Part shown: positions 29,967 to 38,945 of the stretch, one piece after another
Position numbering within the stretch: position 1 is the first letter of the stretch
Layout: every line of letters begins with the position of its first letter
Notes under the pieces: model-generated
Told to the model about the DNA's origin: nothing
What the model saw: the letters and a program-made list of their open reading frames with translations, nothing else
Databases searched by the model: none
Position numbers and translations under genes: made by a program
From: Candidatus Nomurabacteria bacterium
GTDB lineage: Bacteria > Patescibacteriota > Minisyncoccia > Phycocordibacterales > UBA9973
NCBI GenBank assembly: GCA_943350445.1
Contig: CALRAE010000004.1
Coordinates: 1-60,043, forward strand
Reading direction: 5' to 3'
Length of the DNA: 60,043 bases

Positions 29967-31517
29967 ATGAAAATATTTAACAAACAAATATTTTATGTGT
30001 TCAGTTCATTTCTGGCTGGATTTGCCATAATGACAATTGAGCTTATTTCTTCAAGAATAGTGGCCCCAATAATAGGATCTTCTGTTTTTACATGGACATC
30101 AGTAATAGGAATAACAATGCTGGGACTTGCTCTTGGTGGCTATATTGGCGGACAAATAGCAGACAAAAAAGAAGGCAGGGAAACACTTCCAATTATATTT
30201 CTAATTTCTTCAATACTTGTTTTCTTAATACCAATATTGGCAAAAAATACCGATTTTATTATAAATTCATCTACTTCCATATTAAAATTGAATTTATATT
30301 TATCCGTGTATCTTTTTCTATTACCGACATTCTCCATAGGACTCATTTACCCAATAATACTAAAACAATTTGTCAGCAATCTTTCATTAATTGGTAGTCG
30401 TTATGGCATACTATCGTTTGCTTGGTCAGGAGGGGGGATACTTGGTGTGTTTTTAACAGGATTTTTCTTTATATCAAATATTGGGAGCAGTGAAACACTT
30501 TGGCTTATGTCTATTGTACTGTTTTTAGTTGGAGGGATTTTTGCATTAGAAAACAAAATAAACAAAAAAACACTTTGGCTTTTTATATTAACAATAATTG
30601 TTACATCTATACTTTTTTATACAACTCAACAAAAAAAACAAAGCAAGAATATAATATTTCAAAAAGAAACAAACTATTACGATGCAAGGGTTATTGACGC
30701 ATATCTTCCACTATATGAAAATTCAAGAATTTTAATGCTAGATTTTGATTTTCACAGTATTGAATCAAAAAAAGTGGTGCAAAATTACCCAACTATATAT
30801 CCAGTTTTTGCTAATCTAAAAAGTAATATAGAGAGAATATTAGTAATAGGTGCTGGAGCATATACTCTGCCGAAATATTTTAAAAATTATTATAAAAATT
30901 CAGATATTTCAGTTGTAGAAATAGATCCTGAGATGATAAATATTGGTGAAACTTTTTTTGATCTAAAAAAATACGACATAAAAACAATTGCAGGGGATGC
31001 CAAAATAGTAATAAAGAAAAACAAAGAAAAATATGATGTAATTTTTGGTGATTCTTATAATTCATTTATTTCTGTTCCTTGGTATCTCTTAACTAAAGAA
31101 TGGAATGAGCAAGTAAAAGAAAAATTAACTGAAAACGGGGTATACGCTATAAATTTTATCGGATCTCTGAATGGAAACAAATCAGAATTTACAAAAAGTG
31201 TTTTAAATACTTTTAAAATTAGCTTCCCGAATTTTTACATCTTTGCATTCGGAGAAAATCTAGAACATGCTCAAAGTATTGTATTACTAGGAGTAAAAGG
31301 AGAGCTACCCATAAGTGAACAAGGGCTTCAACAGAAATTGTCAATTGGGGAAAACGATTTTTTGGCAAATAAAATAATTCCGGCTGCATTTTTTAAAAAT
31401 ATACCATCTATAATACTCACAGATAATTTTTCACCCATTGAAAAACTGATGGAGCCCATGATAAAAGATTATTTTCCAAAAAATCTAGCCCAGCTTAAAA
31501 AAGTATTATTACCATGA
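29967..31517 (+). CDS. Fused membrane domain / spermidine synthase-like SAM-binding protein
   Basis: ~7 TM helices then ILVIGAGAY, VVEIDPEM, YDVIFGD, ILTDNFSP. Confidence 0.88.
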   Translation: MKIFNKQIFYVFSSFLAGFAIMTIELISSRIVAPIIGSSVFTWTSVIGITMLGLALGGYIGGQIADKKEGRETLPIIFLISSILVFLIPILAKNTDFIINSSTSILKLNLYLSVYLFLLPTFSIGLIYPIILKQFVSNLSLIGSRYGILSFAWSGGGILGVFLTGFFFISNIGSSETLWLMSIVLFLVGGIFALENKINKKTLWLFILTIIVTSILFYTTQQKKQSKNIIFQKETNYYDARVIDAYLPLYENSRILMLDFDFHSIESKKVVQNYPTIYPVFANLKSNIERILVIGAGAYTLPKYFKNYYKNSDISVVEIDPEMINIGETFFDLKKYDIKTIAGDAKIVIKKNKEKYDVIFGDSYNSFISVPWYLLTKEWNEQVKEKLTENGVYAINFIGSLNGNKSEFTKSVLNTFKISFPNFYIFAFGENLEHAQSIVLLGVKGELPISEQGLQQKLSIGENDFLANKIIPAAFFKNIPSIILTDNFSPIEKLMEPMIKDYFPKNLAQLKKVLLP

Positions 31518-32383
31518 AAGCAAAAAAATCACTCGGGCAAAATTTCCTAAAATCAGAAGTCGCTCTGCGACAGATTGTGGAAGCGGGAGAAATAAAACCT
31601 GACGATATTATTTTAGAAATAGGGCCGGGAAAGGGGGCACTGACGGAGAAGCTTTTAGAGAAGGCAAAAATGGTGATAGCGGTAGAAAAAGACTATGAAC
31701 TTATTTTCTTTCTAAAAGAAAAATTCGCCGAACAAATAAAGTCGGGGGCACTTATTTTAATACAAGGAGATATTTTAGAATTTAGTGTTAACAAAACAGT
31801 TCTGGAACTTTTTTCAGGTCCTCGGTTCCCCGGGTCCCTCTCCCGGCCAGACCATGCAAAAAGCTCAGAACTGTTTTGTTATAAGCTAATCGCAAACATC
31901 CCATACAACATCACTGGTGCAATTTTGAAAAAGTTTTTAACAGAAGAAAACCAGCCAGAGAGGATGGTGCTAATGGTGCAACACGAAGTCGCGACTAGAA
32001 TTTTGGCTCGTAACGGCAAAGAAAGTATTTTATCTATCTCGGTTAAAGCATATGGCACCCCAAAAATGGTCGCAAAAGTTGATAAAAGATATTTCAGCCC
32101 AGCTCCCAAGGTGAATTCAGCAATCATTGCCATAAAAAATATTTCAAGAAAGAATTTTACAGAAAATATGGGGAGTCGCGCTTTAATGGACGGTGCGCGA
32201 CATGATTTCGCTAAATCAGAAGAAAGGTTTTGGGGAATAGTCAAAGCAGGCTTTGCCCATAAGAGAAAAAAGCTCTCTGGCAACCTAAAAGACATATGTC
32301 AAAGACCGTCTTTGACACCTTATGAAAACAAAAGAGCCGAGGATTTGTCCTTAAAAGATTGGATTATCTTAAGTAGGGGATAA
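31514..32383 (+). CDS. rsmA: 16S rRNA adenine dimethyltransferase RsmA/KsgA
   Basis: KKSLGQNFL, LEIGPGKGALT, ANIPYNIT, F.PAPKV.S. Confidence 0.96.
   Translation: MKAKKSLGQNFLKSEVALRQIVEAGEIKPDDIILEIGPGKGALTEKLLEKAKMVIAVEKDYELIFFLKEKFAEQIKSGALILIQGDILEFSVNKTVLELFSGPRFPGSLSRPDHAKSSELFCYKLIANIPYNITGAILKKFLTEENQPERMVLMVQHEVATRILARNGKESILSISVKAYGTPKMVAKVDKRYFSPAPKVNSAIIAIKNISRKNFTENMGSRALMDGARHDFAKSEERFWGIVKAGFAHKRKKLSGNLKDICQRPSLTPYENKRAEDLSLKDWIILSRG
31789..31881. repeat. 93-nt in-frame hairpin element inside rsmA
   Basis: 16-bp perfect arms taacaaaacagttctg/cagaactgttttgtta around a GC-rich core. Confidence 0.85.
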
Positions 32384-32424
32384 ACTGCTGGCAAATAAAC
32401 CTTTGTTAGTGGTACAATTAAAGG

Positions 32425-33366
32425 ATAATCAAATTAAATTGGTTCAAGTACAAAAGGATAATTTGGATCGCTTTTGCGGTAGTTTTTATTGTGCTACTTT
32501 TTCTTTACAAAACCAACTTTTTATCTAAAAATATTGAAACATACCAAAAAAATAGTAACGGGGAAGGATTAACTTATGAAAACAATACGGTGGCGGATTT
32601 AATAAATCAAGATACAGACGGTGATGGAATATTGGATTGGCAAGAGAGTTTATATGGGCTAGATCTAAACAAAAAAGAAACCACACCAGGAATACCAGAC
32701 AGCGAAGCCATAAACAAGCTGAAAATTACAGAATCAAATAGCACCAAAAAAACAAGTGAAAGCAGTCCAATTGTGGAGAATCTATCAAAGACTGACCAAT
32801 TCTCTAGAGAACTTTTTGCGACCATAGCGGCAGCCAGCCAAAATGGCACAGTAGATCAAGCCACGATAGACCAATTGGGAGCTTCTTTGGCTGAAAAAAT
32901 AAAGAACCCTGTCGTTAGAAAAGTTTATTCGATTTCCGACATGAAAATCGTAAATGATGACAGTCTGCAAGCTTTCATTAATTATAATAATGCTTTAAAC
33001 GAGATTTATGTGAAATATCCAACAGGGAATTATACAATAATCGAGGTATTGCAGAAATTTATGATTGATGAAAACAATGTTGATGCTAGTGTGCTAGTAA
33101 AACTTGATCCAATTATTAAACAAATCAATCAAGTGATAACAACGATGGTAAAGACAAGTGTGCCACAGTCCATCTCCTCTCTACATTTAAATATGATAAA
33201 TTCGCAAGAAAGATTGGTGGAAAATTTGATTGATATAAAACTTTATGATGATGACGCCATCGTAGCTTTGGGCGGTTTCAGCAAGTATGCAGAAAATGCT
33301 ACCAAATTGGACACAGACATCCATGCCCTTGGAAATACAGTTACCCAAAAATTTAAACAACAATAA
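32425..33366 (+). CDS. Membrane-anchored protein with a DTDGDG Ca-binding (thrombospondin-3-like) motif; first gene of the secretion cluster
   Basis: Frame is open back to ATA 32425, which restores a signal anchor; track ORF starts at 32491. Confidence 0.75.
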   Translation: MIKLNWFKYKRIIWIAFAVVFIVLLFLYKTNFLSKNIETYQKNSNGEGLTYENNTVADLINQDTDGDGILDWQESLYGLDLNKKETTPGIPDSEAINKLKITESNSTKKTSESSPIVENLSKTDQFSRELFATIAAASQNGTVDQATIDQLGASLAEKIKNPVVRKVYSISDMKIVNDDSLQAFINYNNALNEIYVKYPTGNYTIIEVLQKFMIDENNVDASVLVKLDPIIKQINQVITTMVKTSVPQSISSLHLNMINSQERLVENLIDIKLYDDDAIVALGGFSKYAENATKLDTDIHALGNTVTQKFKQQ

Positions 33367-33414
33367 GATTGAAACTTCACTGCCAAATGAATACAAGGTA
33401 TAATAGATAATAAA

Positions 33415-35967
33415 ATGATAGCTAAAAATAAAACAATAAAATCCATTTCTGCACTTTTGGTTATGTCCATACTGATGCCGTCTTTTATTGTATTTTTTAG
33501 TCCAAAAAAAGCAGAAGCTACACTCCCGGTTGTAGACTATGCATTAAATGCCGCACTAAATCCTCCAACATGGACAACCAAAGCTCTTACTGCCATAGGT
33601 GTACCCTCAACGCTAACAAACACCCTTACTAATAGTAAGAGTTTTATAATGACCCTTCTGCGTGAGGTCTTGAAAATAGCCGCCAAAAGAGTCTTGGCAA
33701 GAATGACCCAAGCCACCATAAACTGGATCAATTCTGATTTTCATGGATCACCACTTTTTTTAACAAATCCCAGCTCTTTCTTTAGGGATATAGCCAAATC
33801 GGAAATCAGAAATCTGGTAGATATGATCGGCTACGATTCTTTTAAATATCCTTTTGGTCAACAGATCGCATTGAATATAATAAACAGCTACAAAAGACAG
33901 CTCGCAGATAATGCGCAATATAGTTTGAGTAAAGTAATAAATGATCCAGACCTTTTGAAACGCTACAGAAATGACTTCAATTATGGAGGGTGGAATGGAT
34001 TCTTGGTAAATACACAATACCCACAAAATAATTATATCGGATTTGAATCGACGATAATGTCAAACCTCGCAAGGAAGCTGGAAGGGACAGTACAAGCGCC
34101 AGCGCAAAAAATGCAAGGCCTCCTTCAGCAAGGTATGGGCTTCCTGTCTCCACAAACATGTCCAACAAACCCTGCATACAATAATGGCATAAATGAGTTT
34201 GTGAGACCGAGCTTTACGCCACAAAAGTTTGACTTTAAAGAACCGACAATATCCAACCCAGTACCTCGTAATGAGGACGGGGGAGAGGAACCAAGTGAAG
34301 CATGGACAACTCAACAACAACAATACGAAGCAGAGAAACAAAGAGCATATGACGCATATCAAACATCATGGAACACACAAGTGAGTGCCGACTCAGCTAA
34401 ATGGACTGAGACAAATACTTGCCCGGGTGGCTTAAAATCCACCACCCCTGGTGCAGTAGCGGCAAACCAAGTATTTAGCGCGCTCAATGTTCCTTTTCTA
34501 TCGACAGCTCTCGATGGGGCACTAGGAAACAGCTTGGCTGCTATATTTGATGCTTTGATAAATCACTTTATAGATAAAGGCTTGAATGGGCTTGCAGAAA
34601 CCATAAGTCCATCACCTTCAAATGACAACTGGAGTTATGATGGAAATAGTTTAAGTGGCACAAACACAACTTCTGGAGGAGTAAGCACTTTACGAATTCC
34701 GCAAAATGTCTCAGCTACCGTCGGTCAAATAACCAACACCATGATATCTGGTGGCACAGGACCTTATACGATTGTAAGCAGTGCTAATCAAAACCAACCC
34801 CAACCAAATACATCAATAGCAACTGTCCAAATATCAAATTCTGGGTCTGCTGGTCCCAAGCTCACGGTTACTGGTATCACTCCGGGTCAAACTTTTGTTG
34901 TAATAAAAGATTCATCGAGCGTGGTACAAACGGCTAGAGTTGATATCACGATATATGCCGTCGGGGCTTTGGTAGTTATTCCGCACAACATTTCAACCAA
35001 CCTAACTATTCCAATCACTGCGACCATATCTGGTGGCCAAGAACCTTATGTAATACAAAGACCCCCAAATGAAGCAGTAGCCATAGTAGCTTTTGCAGGC
35101 TCGAATCTGATTGTAAACGGTGTTGGAAGAGGAAACACCTTTATTGTAATAGAAGATTCATCTACCCCAATTAAAAAAACCACCACTGTACAAATTGCAA
35201 TAACTGGACCTGATGATCTAAACATCCCAGAAAACATTACAGCAAATGTCGGTCAGGTGACGAGTGTGCCTATATTGGGTGGTCTAGGACCCTATCGTAT
35301 TACCGACCAACAAGATGTAAGAATAGCGACCGGCCAAGTTTTCAACGCTTTTCAAGATACCCCAGCTACTCTAAAAATCACGGGTATCAAAGAAGGTGTC
35401 ACAGTAATTATGATCCAAGATTCATCTTCTCCAGTAAAAATTATGAGTACAAGCATCACAGTCATTGATGCCAAAACTTTATTAGTTACTCCACCAAATG
35501 TTTCAGCTAATATTGACCAGACAACCAACATGACCATCTCTGGCGGTATGGCACCTTACGCTATAGAAACCATACCAGACAGCACGATAGCAACCGCCCA
35601 AATTTCAGGCCCAAACCTCACAGTCGCTGGTAAAGCAACAGGACAAACAACTATGATAATCAAAGATTCATCGACCCCTACACCCAAAACTATTACTGTT
35701 CTGATCACCATAGGAGCTTTAAGTGTCGTACAGAATGTCACAGTAAATGCCAATGAATCACGCAACATAACCATAACAGGTGGCACAAAACCTTATAGTA
35801 TAGAAACTCCACCAAACACGACGGTGGCAACTGTACAGATTTCCACGACACCCCAAAACTCAAATATAATCACAATCACCGGTAAGGCAAAAGGGCAAAC
35901 AGGAATAGTGGTGAAGGATTCTTCAACGCCACCAAAAAGCACTGGTATTCAGATTACGGTGAATTAG
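33415..35967 (+). CDS. Large exported protein: helical N-domain plus five Ig-like repeats
   Basis: Signal peptide (AEA/TLPVVD); five repeats of ISGG..PY...IATVQI...G.T...IKDSS. Confidence 0.85.
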   Translation: MIAKNKTIKSISALLVMSILMPSFIVFFSPKKAEATLPVVDYALNAALNPPTWTTKALTAIGVPSTLTNTLTNSKSFIMTLLREVLKIAAKRVLARMTQATINWINSDFHGSPLFLTNPSSFFRDIAKSEIRNLVDMIGYDSFKYPFGQQIALNIINSYKRQLADNAQYSLSKVINDPDLLKRYRNDFNYGGWNGFLVNTQYPQNNYIGFESTIMSNLARKLEGTVQAPAQKMQGLLQQGMGFLSPQTCPTNPAYNNGINEFVRPSFTPQKFDFKEPTISNPVPRNEDGGEEPSEAWTTQQQQYEAEKQRAYDAYQTSWNTQVSADSAKWTETNTCPGGLKSTTPGAVAANQVFSALNVPFLSTALDGALGNSLAAIFDALINHFIDKGLNGLAETISPSPSNDNWSYDGNSLSGTNTTSGGVSTLRIPQNVSATVGQITNTMISGGTGPYTIVSSANQNQPQPNTSIATVQISNSGSAGPKLTVTGITPGQTFVVIKDSSSVVQTARVDITIYAVGALVVIPHNISTNLTIPITATISGGQEPYVIQRPPNEAVAIVAFAGSNLIVNGVGRGNTFIVIEDSSTPIKKTTTVQIAITGPDDLNIPENITANVGQVTSVPILGGLGPYRITDQQDVRIATGQVFNAFQDTPATLKITGIKEGVTVIMIQDSSSPVKIMSTSITVIDAKTLLVTPPNVSANIDQTTNMTISGGMAPYAIETIPDSTIATAQISGPNLTVAGKATGQTTMIIKDSSTPTPKTITVLITIGALSVVQNVTVNANESRNITITGGTKPYSIETPPNTTVATVQISTTPQNSNIITITGKAKGQTGIVVKDSSTPPKSTGIQITVN

Positions 35968-36000
35968 AGAGTAGTTTTAAAGTTCATAAAGTGAATTAAA

Positions 36001-36384
36001 ATGAAAGATTTTATTAACTGGCATAAAATAAAAAATAATATAGAGGGAAAAAGGCAGAGACTTAATTTTCAGATTCGCGACATATTATTTTGTTCAATTG
36101 GAGAGAATGTTGGTTTTGAACAAGACGGAAGAGGTCAAGAATTTTTACGACCAGTTGTTATCATTAAAAAATTCAATAAGGAAGTATTTTGGGGAGTGCC
36201 GCTTACTCATACAGAAAAAAAGGGGAAATATTATTTTAGTTTTAATTTAAATAATGAAGTAAGCGTCGCGATTCTCTCGCAGTTGAAGTTATTTGATGCA
36301 AAAAGAATAAAATACAAAATAGGCATGATAAACGAGAAAGATTTTGATATCCTCAAAGAAAAAATCAGGCAATTGCTTGCCTGA
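36001..36384 (+). CDS. PemK/MazF-like toxin (orphan)
   Basis: GENVGFEQDG...RPVVIIKK...GVPLT...ILSQLKLFDAKRI pattern. Confidence 0.82.
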   Translation: MKDFINWHKIKNNIEGKRQRLNFQIRDILFCSIGENVGFEQDGRGQEFLRPVVIIKKFNKEVFWGVPLTHTEKKGKYYFSFNLNNEVSVAILSQLKLFDAKRIKYKIGMINEKDFDILKEKIRQLLA

Positions 36385-36436
36385 TTTTTTCTTTGTTTAC
36401 CTCCACTTTCGTGGAGGAGGGCCGAAGCCATTTGTA
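36355..36436 (-). ncRNA. Candidate ~80-nt convergent structured RNA (putative antitoxin)
   Basis: Upstream promoter; hairpins with UUCG, GAAA and GCAA loops on the minus strand; U-tract end. Confidence 0.6.
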
Positions 36437-36441
36437 AGTAA

Positions 36442-36469
36442 AGTATAGCAAACCGGAAATAAATGTCAA
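36442..36469 (-). promoter_or_regulatory. Sigma70 promoter TTGACA-N16-TATACT with extended -10 TG
   Basis: Direct sequence. Confidence 0.75.
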
Positions 36470-36539
36470 ATAGGATAAAATAGTGCTAAAATATAAACGG
36501 GTTTCAAAGTAAAAAGTTCATAAAGTTTTTTTAGTAAAA

Positions 36540-38921
36540 ATGAGCAAAACAATTACCAAACTAATCCCATACTTCCTAGTACTCATCATCATGGTCGGGC
36601 TCTTTGCTCCGATGGTGCAAGTGTATGCGCAAGAGGCAGGAGCCCCAGTAAACCCACCAGCAGGAGGAGCACCAGCGGCGGGTGGAACGCCACCAGCTGT
36701 TCAGCCGCCAGCAACGAATGCTCCACCTGCTGCGGGGACACCAGCAACACCCAAACAAACATTAACATTAACAACAACTGGAGGCTCTGCACTAGCGGAC
36801 AACAATGGAAGTTGTTTAAATCTCGTTACAGGAAACGTGGAAGATTGTCTAGTAAAAATAACTTATTATTTATTTTACGTTCTTCCATCTTTATTGCTTA
36901 CTTTAGTAGCAAAATTATTTAACATACTTTTATCTCTTACATTAAGTAGCCCATTGTATAATGCTTCTTTTGTTGCTGAATCGTGGACAGTTGTTCGAGA
37001 CCTTTCAAATATTTTCTTTATACTTATCTTGCTCTATGTAGCTATTCAAACAATCTTGGGGCTAGGTCACGAAACTAAAAAAATAATAGTTCAGGTGATA
37101 GTCATGGCATTATTGATAAACTTTTCGATGTTCTTCGCTAAAGTAGTTATCGACAGTTCTAATATTCTGGCGTTAGTTTTTTACAATAAAATTGACTCGA
37201 AAACAAATGATTACATACCATCCACTAATGTTAACAAAATAGGAGTGCAAGAAAAAGATTTTACGGGGGCAATGGTGTCCGCTTTTGACCCCACTAGATT
37301 AATGACTGCAGAATTCTTTAAGAAAGCCAAGGAAAAAACCCAGTCAGTGGGTGTAGGCACATTAGGCACTGCTGGTTATGTAGCAGGAGGGGCATATATA
37401 GGAAGTGCCTTTTTCCCAATAGTGGGAACAGCAATAGGGGCTGGTGTTGGATATGGAGTATCCAAAGTAGTGGGTTTATTTATAACTACCGACAAAGTTC
37501 CACCAGGATTGATGATTGGAATTATTATTAGTGCTGGATTAGTGATGTTTTTTGCCGCATATTGCTTTTTCGTAGCTGGCATGAGTTTTTTGAGCAGATT
37601 GATTGAGCTTTGGATATTGATTATCTTTTCTCCTTTTGCTTTTATGTCTTTTACATTACCAAAATTAAGTGGGATTCCTAGTATAGGTTGGGATGAATGG
37701 TTAAAACGTTTACTGAAACTTTCATTCATGGCACCAGTATTTATGTTCTTCTTGTATTTAATATTTAAATTAATAAATACAAACCTATTTCAGACTTTCA
37801 TGGACAGAACCTATGACAATCAAGGAACACTTGAAGCAATGGTACTCATAATATTGCCATCATTAGTAATATTGATTCTTCTTAACAGGGCGACAAAATT
37901 TGCCAAGGATGCGTCAGGAGAGTTGGGAGGAATGGTAATAGGTGCAGGAAAAATGGCTGCAGGACTCGCTGTCGGTGGGGCAGCTCTGGGTGGGGCAGCT
38001 CTGTTGAGGGGTAGTGTTGGAGCCTTCATGAAAGGAGCATCAACTGGGGATACAGCAGCTAATAGAATAGCAGCAAATAGTAATATACTTAATAATCCTA
38101 CTGCAAGCAAAATAGCTAAAATGAAAGCCGGAATAGACCTAGGTGCAGGAAAAATGGCGCAGTTGGGAATAGGAAGATTTACTTCTGAAAATATACAGAA
38201 CTGGGTAGGTAGTAAAATAAATGACGATCAAACACACGTAGAAGGCGCAGCTCACGCAAGACACACATTAGATGAAACTGCAAACACACTTTACCAAGGA
38301 AGGAGTTATGAGAAACTTTCTGGGCCTGAAAGAATTAAGGTTCAAAATAGAATTGATCAAGATATTTTAACAAGAAACAAAATTCCAATACAAGTTCCAG
38401 TAAGAGGTGCAAATAATCAACCAGTGATGCAAAATGGTCAACCAGTACTGCAAGCTTATGACTATGGAAATAAACAAAAATTCTCAGAATTAAGTGACGA
38501 CGCTAAAACAGCTTTAACTGCTAGTTTAACTACTATGACACCAACACAAAGAGCTGCAATATCTCATGGCTCTATACAAACAATCACAGAGTCAAAAATC
38601 AAGCAGGGTGTGGTTAGTACTCTAATGCAAGCTTCGAGAACTGGAAGCTATGACGTCAGAAATATCGCCAAACTCATAGCAAGTGAACAAAGCACTGGTT
38701 TTAATAAGCTTACTATTGGCTTAATGGCTGCTGTAGCCATGGGCATGCGTGGTGGACTTAAAACAGCGGAAATAAATCACGGTGAAGGACAAGGAAGCTT
38801 CTTTAAAGACTTGGGGAACACTCTTACAGATGCGCTGAAGAGTGCTAAAATAAGTGTTGATCTTTCTCATGTTGGTGAAGAAAAGAAAGAAGATGGAAAG
38901 GGTGGCGGAGGACATCATTAG
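36540..38921 (+). CDS. VirB6/TrbL-like polytopic membrane protein
   Basis: W.VVRDLSN, ALLINFS, R..ELW.L.IFSP.AF, multiple TMs, Gly/Ala-rich tail. Confidence 0.75.
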   Translation: MSKTITKLIPYFLVLIIMVGLFAPMVQVYAQEAGAPVNPPAGGAPAAGGTPPAVQPPATNAPPAAGTPATPKQTLTLTTTGGSALADNNGSCLNLVTGNVEDCLVKITYYLFYVLPSLLLTLVAKLFNILLSLTLSSPLYNASFVAESWTVVRDLSNIFFILILLYVAIQTILGLGHETKKIIVQVIVMALLINFSMFFAKVVIDSSNILALVFYNKIDSKTNDYIPSTNVNKIGVQEKDFTGAMVSAFDPTRLMTAEFFKKAKEKTQSVGVGTLGTAGYVAGGAYIGSAFFPIVGTAIGAGVGYGVSKVVGLFITTDKVPPGLMIGIIISAGLVMFFAAYCFFVAGMSFLSRLIELWILIIFSPFAFMSFTLPKLSGIPSIGWDEWLKRLLKLSFMAPVFMFFLYLIFKLINTNLFQTFMDRTYDNQGTLEAMVLIILPSLVILILLNRATKFAKDASGELGGMVIGAGKMAAGLAVGGAALGGAALLRGSVGAFMKGASTGDTAANRIAANSNILNNPTASKIAKMKAGIDLGAGKMAQLGIGRFTSENIQNWVGSKINDDQTHVEGAAHARHTLDETANTLYQGRSYEKLSGPERIKVQNRIDQDILTRNKIPIQVPVRGANNQPVMQNGQPVLQAYDYGNKQKFSELSDDAKTALTASLTTMTPTQRAAISHGSIQTITESKIKQGVVSTLMQASRTGSYDVRNIAKLIASEQSTGFNKLTIGLMAAVAMGMRGGLKTAEINHGEGQGSFFKDLGNTLTDALKSAKISVDLSHVGEEKKEDGKGGGGHH

Positions 38922-38945
38922 GAATAGTGAGAAGTTAAACACAAA

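Noticed and set aside
36231-36431. 66-aa antisense ORF as a protein antitoxin
   Set aside because: The predicted minus-strand terminator ends the transcript after ~25 codons and the rest is the toxin's antisense frame; not fully excluded
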